NCBI GenBank assembly: GCA_020436165.1
Contig: JAGQYI010000076.1
Coordinates: 99,555 to 163,554, forward strand
Origin: Cyclobacteriaceae bacterium
Lineage (GTDB): Bacteria; Bacteroidota; Bacteroidia; Cytophagales; Cyclobacteriaceae
DNA: 64,000 nt
Reading direction: 5' to 3'
A model generated the notes under the pieces. That model did not search any database. It was not told the DNA's origin and saw nothing but the letters and a program-made list of their open reading frames with translations. Position numbers and translations under genes: made by a program. How positions within the stretch are numbered: the stretch's first letter is position 1; each line of letters opens with the position of its first letter. This document shows positions 10,289-20,403 of the stretch, one piece after another.

Positions 10289-10975
10289 ATGAAAAAATTA
10301 ACTCTATCAATTCTAACCCTTTGCATTGCGTTTGCAGCACAGGCACAAAAAAAGGAAGAACGAAAAGTTGAAGCATTTAATTACGTTTCACTTGGTGTGA
10401 ATGCGGATTTGGTAATTACACAAGGCAAATCGTATAGTTTAACACTTGAAGGCGACCCTGACGACCTGGAAGAAATTGAAACCTATGTTTCAGATGGAAC
10501 TCTTAAGATCAGAAAAGACAATGACTGGAACTGGTTCGATAATATGGACGATGTTAAAATATATGTAACGCTTGTTGACTTTAAAGGAGCTAGTGTAAGT
10601 GGCTCGGGTAAAATCACCAATAGCAATAATTTAACTGGTGAGAATGTTAAATTTAGTGTAAGTGGCTCTGGAGATATTAACCTGTATGTTAATTGCAAAT
10701 CGGTAGATGCGCACATCTCCGGATCGGGTGATATAAACCTTGAAGGAAGTACGGATTCGATGGAGCTTTCTATTAGCGGCTCAGGCGATATGAACTCACT
10801 TGGCATGAGCGCTAATTCATTAGAAGCCCATATAAGCGGCTCGGGCTCTGCCAAAGTTAAGGTGAAAGAAGAAATTGATGCCCACATAAGTGGAAGTGGC
10901 AAGATTAGATACGAAGGCGATCCGAAAAAGATTTATGAGAAAGTTTCGGGCAGTGGTAGTGTAAGAAGCTTATAA
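10289..10975 (+). CDS. DUF2807/head GIN-domain putative adhesin (repeated SGSGDINL motif)
   Basis: Signal peptide. Five or more repeats of …AHISGSGD(I/M)N…. Start moved to MKKLTLSIL (atg at 10289). Confidence 0.7.
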   Translation: MKKLTLSILTLCIAFAAQAQKKEERKVEAFNYVSLGVNADLVITQGKSYSLTLEGDPDDLEEIETYVSDGTLKIRKDNDWNWFDNMDDVKIYVTLVDFKGASVSGSGKITNSNNLTGENVKFSVSGSGDINLYVNCKSVDAHISGSGDINLEGSTDSMELSISGSGDMNSLGMSANSLEAHISGSGSAKVKVKEEIDAHISGSGKIRYEGDPKKIYEKVSGSGSVRSL

Positions 10976-10980
10976 AAAAA

Positions 10981-11004
10981 GGGGACCATAAAGTCCCCTT
11001 TTTT
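10981..11004. terminator. bidirectional Rho-independent terminator
   Basis: ggggac-cataaa-gtcccc plus T-run, between convergent genes. Confidence 0.65.
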
Positions 11005-11010
11005 GTTATC

Positions 11011-13251
11011 TCACTTAATTTTATACCTCAAACCTACATAAATATTCCTGCCGAAAATCGGCCCCCATAGTAAGGTACTATCAAAATATTGACTAAAAGG
11101 ATCGGCACTAGCCAGAATAGGATTTTCCTGTTTATAGTTTAACAGATTTTCTACACCGGCATACACTTCAAACTTCTCCCTCCACACTTTCGTTACCTGC
11201 AAATTCATTACAAAATAGGCGGGCGAGTCTTCAGAAACCCGGTATTCCACCGGATTAGAAGCAGTTGAGGGTATTCTCTTTTTACCTTGCCAATTAACCG
11301 TAAAATCGAATTTCCAATAATTGCGTGTATGGTAGGCTAGATTTAAAAACGCCCTGTGCTTTGAAAGCAGTGGTTTTTCAAGCAACTCTGTACCATATGT
11401 GGTTTTAACATCGTACCAACGGTACGCAAGCCGTACATCGAGGCGTTTTATCAATTCGTAATCGAACTGTGCCTGGAAACTATTTGCATACGATTGGCCA
11501 TCCAGATTGTAGAAACGAACCTCTCTGGGATTCTCCAGATCAACAACGATCTGATTCTTAAAATCGGTACGGTACAGATCAAAACTGAGACTACCGTCTC
11601 TGTAGTCCACTGTAAACGATTGTGTGAAATTAAGACCGTAGTTCCAGGCAGATTCCTGATCTAAACCATATGGTTTTTTACTTCCGTCACTTTCAATAAT
11701 AAATTGCCTTGAACTTGCCAGCAAGCCGTTGTTTTCGGACAAGATATTGGCCGTTCTGTACCCTTTGCCAGCAGATGCTCTTAAAACCGAATTTTCGGTA
11801 ATAGCATACCTCAGATGCAGCCGTGGTGTAACAAAAGTACCGTACAAGTTATGATGATCGAGACGCAAACCGGCAACCAATCCAAATTTATCGAAGTAGT
11901 TGTAGGTGTATTCTGCGAATATCCCAGGTACCGCTTCCGTTCTGTCAAATGTTACGGAAGAAAGCTGCTCATTGTAATTATCCAGCTGCATGCTGGCCCC
12001 TACTTTGTACTTATGGCTTGTGGTACCAATGATGCTTTGATAAATAAGGTTGCCATAAAAAAAACGCTGGCTGGCATTGTACATTCGCAAACCAAAATAA
12101 GAATACTGATTGTGCACTCCGCCTGATAACTGTATTCCCAGGCTTTGGTAGGGCTTACCGGAATCGGCAAAGCCGATTTTGGACCAACCTTCCAATCGTT
12201 CGGTTTTGATGCTGGCGCCCCAGGCATTGGTGGTGCCTTCGTCCTGCTCCGGTCTAAAACTTGTCTGGCCCCCCAGGTTGTCAATAAACGTACCTTTAAT
12301 TCCAAACTGCAAGCGCATTTTAGAGCTAAACAACTCCCAACGATTTAACGCGATTAACTGATTCCCTACCGGCATATCCAGAAAACCATCTTTATTTCTA
12401 TCGTTTTTGATCATATTGCTCTTACCATGCAGTAGCAAAGCCGTTCCCCATTTTTTACCAACATCCTTTTTCAAATTTACATTCGCTTCCAGCCTTCCAC
12501 TTTCATTGGCATAAGCGTTCACATATAGCCTATCCATACTGGCAGGATTACGCAAATTCACATTTATTTGCCCCGCAATGCTCTCATATCCGTTAATTAC
12601 AGAACCTGCTCCTTTGTTTAGCTGAATGCTTTCTACCCAGGTGCCCGGTATATAGGTAAGGCCAAATAGTGAAGAAAGACCACGCACATCGGGCATGTTT
12701 TCCCTGTTAATCTGAATATACGGACCGGTAAGGCCCAACATTCTAATTTGCCGGGTTCCGGTAACGGCATCGGTAAAGGAAACGTCCACACTTGGGCTGG
12801 TTTCAAAGCTTTCACTCAGGTTACAACAAGCTGCTTTCAACAACTCTTTTTCGCCCATGGTCTCCGTCTTGTCAACTTTGGAGTAGTCAATTGTTGTTGA
12901 ATTTTGCCGATAGCTAATTTCAACCTCATCCAGTGTTTTCTCCTGATGAAGAGCTACCTCAACGACAGATTTATTTGCCACATCGATCGTGTCACTTACA
13001 TAACCAACATAGCTGATAATCAGTTTGGATGTTCCTTTTATCCTTTCGATGGCAAACTCGCCTTCATTATCGGTGGCAACTCCTTTAGTGGTACCCATCC
13101 AATATACATTGGCACCAATTAAAACCTCGGTATTACCGGATTCCGTTTTTTCCGTAACCCTCCCTTTCACAAATCCATTATTTGACTGCGCCCAAACAAT
13201 AGAAGGTAAAAAGAGAAACGGGAGCATCCTCTTTAAAAGTAAGACTACCAT
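11011..13251 (-). CDS. TonB-dependent outer-membrane receptor with N-terminal carboxypeptidase-regulatory-like domain
   Basis: Signal peptide. CarbopepD_reg-like N-terminus. C-terminal beta-barrel ending in aromatic residue motif (…GLRYKIK). Confidence 0.85.
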   Translation of the reverse strand: MVVLLLKRMLPFLFLPSIVWAQSNNGFVKGRVTEKTESGNTEVLIGANVYWMGTTKGVATDNEGEFAIERIKGTSKLIISYVGYVSDTIDVANKSVVEVALHQEKTLDEVEISYRQNSTTIDYSKVDKTETMGEKELLKAACCNLSESFETSPSVDVSFTDAVTGTRQIRMLGLTGPYIQINRENMPDVRGLSSLFGLTYIPGTWVESIQLNKGAGSVINGYESIAGQINVNLRNPASMDRLYVNAYANESGRLEANVNLKKDVGKKWGTALLLHGKSNMIKNDRNKDGFLDMPVGNQLIALNRWELFSSKMRLQFGIKGTFIDNLGGQTSFRPEQDEGTTNAWGASIKTERLEGWSKIGFADSGKPYQSLGIQLSGGVHNQYSYFGLRMYNASQRFFYGNLIYQSIIGTTSHKYKVGASMQLDNYNEQLSSVTFDRTEAVPGIFAEYTYNYFDKFGLVAGLRLDHHNLYGTFVTPRLHLRYAITENSVLRASAGKGYRTANILSENNGLLASSRQFIIESDGSKKPYGLDQESAWNYGLNFTQSFTVDYRDGSLSFDLYRTDFKNQIVVDLENPREVRFYNLDGQSYANSFQAQFDYELIKRLDVRLAYRWYDVKTTYGTELLEKPLLSKHRAFLNLAYHTRNYWKFDFTVNWQGKKRIPSTASNPVEYRVSEDSPAYFVMNLQVTKVWREKFEVYAGVENLLNYKQENPILASADPFSQYFDSTLLWGPIFGRNIYVGLRYKIK

Positions 13252-13254
13252 GGT

Positions 13255-13620
13255 TTAATGGTCCTCAGCATCCGATCTGCGATACTCGCAGCACATGGGC
13301 AATTTATCGTATGCTTCTTTAGTTGCCTTTACTTTTTCAGTGTCATGGCCATGCTCTGCGATGGCTTTTTGAATGGCAAGTTCATTTGTTTTGCCGGGCT
13401 TGTAAACTACCATAAGCATTTTGGTCTCCTTATTCCACTCGGCAAATTTCACCCCTTTTATAAGTGCGGCATTTTCAATTCGCTCTTTGCACATATTGCA
13501 AAGGCCTGATACCTTAAACTCCGTAGTAATTGTATTGTCCGATACATCCTGGGCATTGGATACTATTGAAATTGTGCTGAAGACCAGCATTAAAGCTATT
13601 GTTTTAAGAAAATATTTCAT
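13255..13620 (-). CDS. heavy-metal-associated (HMA) domain protein, secreted
   Basis: Signal peptide. GLCNMCKERIE metal-binding MxCxxC. C-terminal CC. Confidence 0.7.
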   Translation of the reverse strand: MKYFLKTIALMLVFSTISIVSNAQDVSDNTITTEFKVSGLCNMCKERIENAALIKGVKFAEWNKETKMLMVVYKPGKTNELAIQKAIAEHGHDTEKVKATKEAYDKLPMCCEYRRSDAEDH

Positions 13621-13689
13621 TTTTGATAATTTTTAAATTGAATAATCTGATTTGCGGAGATTAACTCCAGTCATAGAGTTCAATAAAAA

Positions 13690-14073
13690 TTATCCGTAAA
13701 ACGTTGGTGAACAAGCCAACAACCAGATGGGTTGTTTGGGTGGTGGTGGCAGATCAAATAATTCTGTATTTACCTTAGTTGCTACTTCTGTCTTCTCGTT
13801 GGTGTTGATTGTGATCATACAAACGTACGCAACCACAGGTGAATCTATTTGAATCGTTTTGACAAAATCCTGCTGGCCATCCAGATGATAGTAATAGGAC
13901 TCATCATCACAACAATCACCTTCTTTTTCAAAATCTTCACATACGCACCCTTTGGACTCTCTAAATACCTTTATGTCGGCAAGCCCACCCATGCAATAAT
14001 GCAGATTGATGGTTACCCCAACAGATGCCTGAAGGTAGAGAAGAACAAATAGTATGGTAAATACTCTTTTCAT
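13690..14073 (-). CDS. HYC_CC_PP family protein (Bacteroidetes-specific, secreted, Cys-rich)
   Basis: Signal peptide plus ordered motifs HYC (LHYCMGG), CC (GDCCDD), PP (LPPPPKQP). Confidence 0.55.
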   Translation of the reverse strand: MKRVFTILFVLLYLQASVGVTINLHYCMGGLADIKVFRESKGCVCEDFEKEGDCCDDESYYYHLDGQQDFVKTIQIDSPVVAYVCMITINTNEKTEVATKVNTELFDLPPPPKQPIWLLACSPTFYG

Positions 14074-14264
14074 GCTTTGAGTCGTAAAAGTAAAGAATTA
14101 AGAAATAAATTACCTCTATAATAATCAGCTTTATCCTTACCCTAAATCTTGATTAAGAACCTCAATTTAAGTAAATTAGCCTTCATATTAGTACAACCTT
14201 TTATGGTTAAAAAAAGCTGTACGTGATGTTTTAGGCGCAAAGTTCCATTCAAACATTAAACGTT

Positions 14265-15392
14265 ATGTACGACAAAAAATCAGATTTAGCCGGTCCGGGA
14301 ATTAGTACTTACAAAGAAGTAAGCAAAGTTCTTCCCAACAATTATCACGCACTGCTGCCTCCCCTAAAACGGATGGAAGCCCTTTACATGGTAAAAGAAT
14401 ACATTGAAAAAGGCCTCGCTAAGGCACTTAATCTACAAATGGTTCAGGTACCACTAATTGTTAGCAAAAACAGCGGTGTTAACGACTACCTGGACAGGGA
14501 TGGTTCCCGCACTCCAGTTGATTTTCCTGCTGGTTTAGGTCTACCAAGGAGAATTGAGGCCCAGGTTGTTCAGGCAGCAACAAAATGGAAAAGAATGGCG
14601 CTGGCACAATTTGATTGTGAGGTAGGCCAGGGAATAAATACTGATATGAGAGCGGTTCGCAAGGATTACTTCCTTGACCATGATCACTCATCGTATGTAG
14701 ATCAGTGGGACTGGGAGAAACGCATTACCGAGAAAGATCGTAATCTGAATTATTTGAAAGATACGGTTAAGAAAATATGGAGTGTAATTCGTGAAGCAGG
14801 AATGATGGTGAAAGAGAAATTCCCAGAATTGAATGACCCGGGATATCCTGATTTTCCAAAAGAATTAGAATTCTTCCACGCTGAAGAAATTCTTGATATG
14901 TACCCTAACCTTCCTCGAAAAGAAAGGGAAACACGATTGCTACAGGAGCATCCTGCAGTATTTATTATTGGAATTGGCTGGGTGCTTAAAGATGGATTTC
15001 CACACGAAATGCGTGCTGCCGATTATGACGATTGGGTTACTCCTACCATTCAGAAAAATGGCGAAATGATGCATGGGCTGAATGGTGACATTTTGGTATG
15101 GAATCCTGTTACCAAACGAAGACATGAGCTTACTTCCATGGGTATTCGCGTAACTAAAGAAAGCCTGCAAACGCAACTGGAAATGACCGGCCAAATGGAC
15201 TTTCTTGATATGCCTTATCATCAGGCAATAATGAACGATGAAATACCCTTGAGCATTGGTGGTGGAATAGGTCAGGCACGCACCTACATGTATCTGCTCA
15301 GAACAGCTCATTTGGGTGAAGTAACTGTTTCGGTATGGCCCGATGAATTGAAAAAGATCTGTGCTGAAAAGAACATTTATGTACTTGAGTAA
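14265..15392 (+). CDS. asnA: aspartate--ammonia ligase (asparagine synthetase A)
   Basis: Collinear similarity to E. coli AsnA (…VDQWDWE…, NGDILVWNPV, SMGIRV, GGGIGQ). Confidence 0.9.
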   Translation: MYDKKSDLAGPGISTYKEVSKVLPNNYHALLPPLKRMEALYMVKEYIEKGLAKALNLQMVQVPLIVSKNSGVNDYLDRDGSRTPVDFPAGLGLPRRIEAQVVQAATKWKRMALAQFDCEVGQGINTDMRAVRKDYFLDHDHSSYVDQWDWEKRITEKDRNLNYLKDTVKKIWSVIREAGMMVKEKFPELNDPGYPDFPKELEFFHAEEILDMYPNLPRKERETRLLQEHPAVFIIGIGWVLKDGFPHEMRAADYDDWVTPTIQKNGEMMHGLNGDILVWNPVTKRRHELTSMGIRVTKESLQTQLEMTGQMDFLDMPYHQAIMNDEIPLSIGGGIGQARTYMYLLRTAHLGEVTVSVWPDELKKICAEKNIYVLE

Positions 15393-15395
15393 TAT

Positions 15396-15680
15396 ATGGA
15401 AACGCACTTCAAAATATGCCAAAGTTGTGGCATGCCCTTAGAAGCTGACCCCAATAAGGGAGGCACCAATGCGGATCATAGCATTAGCTCCATGTATTGC
15501 AGTTTTTGCTTTAAGGATGGCAGGTTTTTGGATGAAGGAATAACCTTGAAAGAAAAAATCGACAAGAACGTTCGAATTGCCATGGCAAAAATGAACATAC
15601 CTGAAAGTGAAGCACGAGAATTGGCTGAAACTACATTGCCGGGTTTACAAAGGTGGAAACAAAATACAGCTAATACCTGA
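15396..15680 (+). CDS. zinc-ribbon domain protein
   Basis: CQSCGMPL…CSFC ribbon. 94 aa. 3-bp gap after asnA. Confidence 0.55.
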   Translation: METHFKICQSCGMPLEADPNKGGTNADHSISSMYCSFCFKDGRFLDEGITLKEKIDKNVRIAMAKMNIPESEARELAETTLPGLQRWKQNTANT

Positions 15681-15710
15681 TCTGAAAAAGTACTAGTTCA
15701 ACCAAAAACA

Positions 15711-15745
15711 AATGCCCCTCTTTTCTGATTCAGAGGGGCATTTTT
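15711..15745. terminator. bidirectional Rho-independent terminator
   Basis: atgcccctc…gaggggcat hairpin plus ttttt. Confidence 0.65.
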
Positions 15746-15769
15746 GTGGGTGTGAAACCCAGCAGTTTG

Positions 15770-17797
15770 TTATTCTAATTCCTTCACAATTCGGTTGGCA
15801 TTATATACATACTTCAAAGCAGCTAAAATACCACCGGCATGAACGGCCACCGTTCTGTTTGAAGTACTGTCATAAATAAAGTAGCCAGGCAAGCTTTCAA
15901 TGTTTCCATCAAAAACAAGGCCCACAACTTCCTGCTTTGCATTAATTACAGGGCTACCGGAGTTACCTCCAATAATGTCCGCTGTACAAACAAAGTCCAA
16001 TGGCGACTTAAGCAAATCCATAGAAGGGTTCAACCATTTTGCAGGTAAGTCCCACGGGTATTTTTTCTCATGACTGTAATACCTGTCGTACAGACCAAAG
16101 TATGTTGTAAAATAAGGGGCCTCTGTACCATTATAACTATAGCCCTTAACAACACCATCGGCAAGGCGCAATGAGAAAGTAGCATCAGGAGGGCTGCTCA
16201 AACCTGTAAGCCCAAATTGAAGGTTGGCTATCTTTTCTTCAAATTTCTTATTCTCTTTTGTTAGTTTCTTTATTTCATTACTAGCTTCCTCATACTTGGG
16301 AACCATAACTTCTGCAAATTGCATAAGCGGTTCGTTGTCCAGTTTTTTGGCTTTCAGTTTGAAAAATTTATCCTGATCATTTAGCAACAAACTTGTAGCA
16401 AATAATTCTTCCGTTTTGTCTGAAGGACTTTTTCCTCCTAACAATTGTGCTATATAATCCTGACGTGAATGTTCATTAAGCTCCTCTAAAAGCGCTGTAT
16501 AAAGTGCTCTTTCCAAGCTTTTATCAAACGATGACAGTGTTTTCCCAATGTCCTCTTTTGCTTTATCAATTGCTTCCTGATTTTCTGATGTCATGGCGTT
16601 TTTGTAATCATAAAGCTCATTCACTAATTGGTTTACTTTACCACGCGTTCCGTAAGGAGCCAATAGCAGTGATTCCGCATAATACTTTTCTGCTATCTGC
16701 GTGTTCTTTTCAAGTGCCTGCCATGGGTCTGTACCTTCCGTTGTCACGTTTGCTCTTGTTTGGTCTTCCTTTTTCTCCTTTTTGGTCATTAAAACAGGAT
16801 CGTAGAAACCATCCAGGCGACCGGTATAAGCTTTATCAGCATTGCTCAATCCAAATGCAAGGTTAACAACACTATCCTTTTTATATACATCATCAATGGC
16901 ATCTGCGACAGTCATTAAAATCTTAACCCTGTCTCTCAAAAAAGAAAGCACTGCTGGTACCGAAACATCTCTTTGGTAATAGAGCTGAGCCATTGTAAGA
17001 TACCTACCCGTGCTACCGGGATTACCAATTACAAAAACCAATTCGTTTTCTTTGGCCCCGTCTGCATTAAATTCAAAATAATTTTGCGGGTGTAATGGTT
17101 GTCCGTTTTCATCATAGGCCCTCCATAATGTAAAATCGAGATTATATCTCGGATACGTAAAGTTATCAGGGTCACCACCAAAATAACCTAGCGCCAATTC
17201 AGGGTACAGCACCAAACGAATATCGCTGTATCTTTTAAAGCCATAGAGTGAGTATTTGCCTCCACTGTAAAAGATTCGGGTTTCCATGTGTAAACCTTTC
17301 CAATCGTCTTTGGCTTCGTAGTTTTTTTGAACCACTTTCAGTGCTGAATCAGGTTCAATCGAACTCATTCCCTGAACCTGCGATGTGATGTCTGCTACTT
17401 TCACTAATTGATCCACATACAGATTGTCTACTCTTCGCTCGTCAGCAAGGTTTTCGGCATAAAATCCGTTGGCATCAAAGTTTTCGCCCTCCTTCATCAC
17501 AGAAGCAACCACACCTCTTGAGCAATGATGGTTGGTGAGTATCAAACCATTCTCCGAAATAAACGAAGCTGAACACCAGCTGGCAAATCGCAAAGCAGAT
17601 TTACGTGCGTCCTCCAACCATTCTTCTGTGGCTACAAAACCATAGGCTTCTTTGAAATAATCAACCGGAGGATTTTCAAAAGTCCACATTTTGCCCTGAT
17701 CAAATCGTCCGGGTTGCACATTTTTCAGGTCGGCAGGCGGTTGTGCACTTGCGCCAAAAGCAAATAGAACCAGTAAAAAAAGTATTTGTTTCTTCAT
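15770..17797 (-). CDS. S46 family serine peptidase (dipeptidyl-peptidase 7/11-like)
   Basis: Signal peptide. NGLILTNHHC catalytic His region. ~675 aa. Start moved to MKKQILFLL (cat at 17795-17797). Confidence 0.8.
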   Translation of the reverse strand: MKKQILFLLVLFAFGASAQPPADLKNVQPGRFDQGKMWTFENPPVDYFKEAYGFVATEEWLEDARKSALRFASWCSASFISENGLILTNHHCSRGVVASVMKEGENFDANGFYAENLADERRVDNLYVDQLVKVADITSQVQGMSSIEPDSALKVVQKNYEAKDDWKGLHMETRIFYSGGKYSLYGFKRYSDIRLVLYPELALGYFGGDPDNFTYPRYNLDFTLWRAYDENGQPLHPQNYFEFNADGAKENELVFVIGNPGSTGRYLTMAQLYYQRDVSVPAVLSFLRDRVKILMTVADAIDDVYKKDSVVNLAFGLSNADKAYTGRLDGFYDPVLMTKKEKKEDQTRANVTTEGTDPWQALEKNTQIAEKYYAESLLLAPYGTRGKVNQLVNELYDYKNAMTSENQEAIDKAKEDIGKTLSSFDKSLERALYTALLEELNEHSRQDYIAQLLGGKSPSDKTEELFATSLLLNDQDKFFKLKAKKLDNEPLMQFAEVMVPKYEEASNEIKKLTKENKKFEEKIANLQFGLTGLSSPPDATFSLRLADGVVKGYSYNGTEAPYFTTYFGLYDRYYSHEKKYPWDLPAKWLNPSMDLLKSPLDFVCTADIIGGNSGSPVINAKQEVVGLVFDGNIESLPGYFIYDSTSNRTVAVHAGGILAALKYVYNANRIVKELE

Positions 17798-18108
17798 CGT
17801 ATTGTTAGTTATTGGTAATGGTATAAAATTAGTGATTTTACTCCCATTAAACTTAACGAACAACAGGTTATTAAAAGCGACTGCAAAGTCAAAGGAAAAG
17901 AAACTCCCTATAAGCTGATTATTCGTAAACCCTGGTTCTTCTACACGTTGAAGTAATGCGAAGTTTACATACCCCTCTTTAAGTCACCAACTTACTTAAA
18001 GCGAGGGTCTATTTTAGAAGAGTTAGACTCCACTTTTTATGTTCAAATTGAAATGAATGCCATAAATAATAACTCAGCTAGTAAAACAATGAATAAGGTT
18101 TTCTAATT

Positions 18109-20394
18109 CTAGTCTTCTACTAGCATAAATTCATCTTCTAAAACATCTCTTGAATTTCCACCTACAAAAACTTTAAATTTCCCGGGCTCATATCCGTATG
18201 TATTGTTAGCCCGATAAAAAGATAAGTCGTCAATGGCTATTTTAAACTGAACAGTTTTTACCTCATTAGGCTCCATATAAACCTTTTCAAAGCCTCTTAG
18301 TTCTTTAACCGGCCTGGTGATGCTCGCCACCATATCTCGAATATATAATTGCACAACTTCCTCTCCTCCTGTTTCACTTTTGTTTTCAACATCAATAGAA
18401 ACTATTAGTGTATCATTAGTGCTCATATTCTCATTACTTATCTGGAGATTTTTGTAATCAAATGACGAATAACTAAGTCCATAGCCAAATGGAAACAAAG
18501 GGTTATAGTCCACATCAATGTAATGCGTATAAAATACTTGTGCTCCTGGTGATGGAGGACGACCGGTATTCTTATGATTGTAATAGATAGGCATTTGCCC
18601 TACTGAACGCGGGAATGTCATTGTCAATTTCCCGGATGGGTTGTATTCACCTGTCAGCACATCGGCTATTGCGTTACCAGCTTCTGATCCTAAATGCCAG
18701 GTTTCTACAATTGCAGGAATATGTTCGGCCTCCCAAGGAATTGCCAATGGCCTTCCATTCATAAGAACCAATACCACATTTTTATTGACATCAAATATTT
18801 TTTTAAGAAGTTCCAGTTGCAATCCGGGAAGTCCAATTTCCGACCTGCTTCTTCCCTCCCCGGACATGTAGGCTGTTTCGCCCAATACCATTATAACTAC
18901 CTCAACATTTTTAGCCACTTCAATGGCTTCTTCAAAACCCGATCGATCGTTTTGTTCAACAACAACTTCCTGAAAGAAGGTATTGGGCCCAATGGAAAGC
19001 TTACAACCTTGAGCATAAGGAATTGTCGTATTTGATAAGGTACTCATTCCTTCGTATAAAGATACAGCAGAACCCGCAACCGCTGCTGCCCGCCAATTAC
19101 CCAGCGGTGCATCTTTGTCTTTGGCAAGTGGACCAATAATACCAATTTTCTTATTCGGATTTAATGGCAATAATTTGCCATCATTTTTTAGAAGCACAAT
19201 TGATTTTCTGGCTACATCCCGAGCTATTTCAATATTTTTCTGACTTCCAATTTCTTGCTTTTCACGATCTGGATCACAATAGAGATAAGGGTTCTCAAAT
19301 AAACCCAGTTCGAATTTTACCCTAAGGGCTCTTCTTACTGCATCGTCTATAACTTTTTCTTCAACTGCTCCACTTTCGACCAATTGTTTAAGATTGTTTA
19401 TAAGAGCATCACCTTCCATGTCCATATCTGTTCCTGCTTTTATGGCTTGTTCGGAGGCTTCCTTCAAATCTTCAGCCGTTCCATGGTTAACCATTTCACC
19501 AATTGAATTCCAATCGGAAACAACCAATCCTTTAAAGCCCCATTCTCCTTTGAGTAAATCGCGCAATAAATAACTATTTGCCGTTGAGGGAACTCCATCT
19601 ATATCATTAAAAGCATTCATAAATGTGGCTACTCCGGCATCGCTGGCCGCTTTAAACGGAGGCAAAATAGTATTTAGCAAGGTAGATTTACCGATGTATA
19701 CATTGTTATAATCTTTACCACTTTCTACAAAACCATACCCTGCAAAATGTTTTGCACAAGCAGCAATTGTCTCAGCATATTCCAAATTCGATCCTTGAAA
19801 ACCCTTTACTCTTGCTTCAGCGATTCTGGAGCCAAGAAATGGGTCTTCACCTGCACCTTCCATTACTCTTCCCCAACGGGCATCACGGCTTATATCTACC
19901 ATAGGAGCAAACGTCCAGTTTACGCCAGCTGCACTTGTTTCTCGCGCAGCTGCGGCAGCTGCTCTTTCAATAGCATCGAGATCCCAGGATGAACTTTCTC
20001 CTAACGGTATGGGATACATTATGCGATACCCATGTATTACGTCAAAACCGAAGGTCAATGGTATCCCCAATCTTGAATTTTCAACAACCAACTTCTGAAG
20101 TTTATGAGTCTCCTCTGCTCCTAAAAGGTTTAACACAGAACCCACCTGGCCATTTAATAAACGTGCATATCTAATGCTATCTGTGCCTGTTTTATTGCCG
20201 GGGCCGGTCATATTTGGCCCAACTGAGTATTGGTTTAACTGACCAATTTTCTCATCGATTGTCATTAAAGCCAGAAGGCTATCTATTCTGTATTCGATCG
20301 AAGTTTCCTTATTCTCAAAAGCTGTATTGTGCTTTACACATCCTAAAAGAATGAAGAATAAGGACGCACTTATCCATACACTAAATTTTTTCAT
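18109..20394 (-). CDS. glycoside hydrolase family 3 beta-glucosidase
   Basis: GH3 N- and C-terminal domains (KHFxGYG, GFxGxVVSDW). Signal peptide. Last gene of PUL. Confidence 0.9.
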   Translation of the reverse strand: MKKFSVWISASLFFILLGCVKHNTAFENKETSIEYRIDSLLALMTIDEKIGQLNQYSVGPNMTGPGNKTGTDSIRYARLLNGQVGSVLNLLGAEETHKLQKLVVENSRLGIPLTFGFDVIHGYRIMYPIPLGESSSWDLDAIERAAAAAARETSAAGVNWTFAPMVDISRDARWGRVMEGAGEDPFLGSRIAEARVKGFQGSNLEYAETIAACAKHFAGYGFVESGKDYNNVYIGKSTLLNTILPPFKAASDAGVATFMNAFNDIDGVPSTANSYLLRDLLKGEWGFKGLVVSDWNSIGEMVNHGTAEDLKEASEQAIKAGTDMDMEGDALINNLKQLVESGAVEEKVIDDAVRRALRVKFELGLFENPYLYCDPDREKQEIGSQKNIEIARDVARKSIVLLKNDGKLLPLNPNKKIGIIGPLAKDKDAPLGNWRAAAVAGSAVSLYEGMSTLSNTTIPYAQGCKLSIGPNTFFQEVVVEQNDRSGFEEAIEVAKNVEVVIMVLGETAYMSGEGRSRSEIGLPGLQLELLKKIFDVNKNVVLVLMNGRPLAIPWEAEHIPAIVETWHLGSEAGNAIADVLTGEYNPSGKLTMTFPRSVGQMPIYYNHKNTGRPPSPGAQVFYTHYIDVDYNPLFPFGYGLSYSSFDYKNLQISNENMSTNDTLIVSIDVENKSETGGEEVVQLYIRDMVASITRPVKELRGFEKVYMEPNEVKTVQFKIAIDDLSFYRANNTYGYEPGKFKVFVGGNSRDVLEDEFMLVED

Positions 20395-20403
20395 GGTTTC
20401 TAT

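Noticed and set aside
10483-10902. 139-aa minus-strand ORF inside the DUF2807 gene
   Set aside because: Mirror-frame artefact of the repetitive SGSGD region and Pro/Leu/Ser-rich. The sense frame has a clear signal peptide and domain repeats.
14265-15680. asnA plus zinc-ribbon gene as an unusual pairing
   Set aside because: The zinc-ribbon ORF is small and generic. Adjacency alone gives no functional signal.
17864-18108. 245-bp intergenic region scanned for a tRNA or small RNA gene
   Set aside because: No convincing stem architecture. It reads as an AT-rich promoter region for the S46 peptidase.
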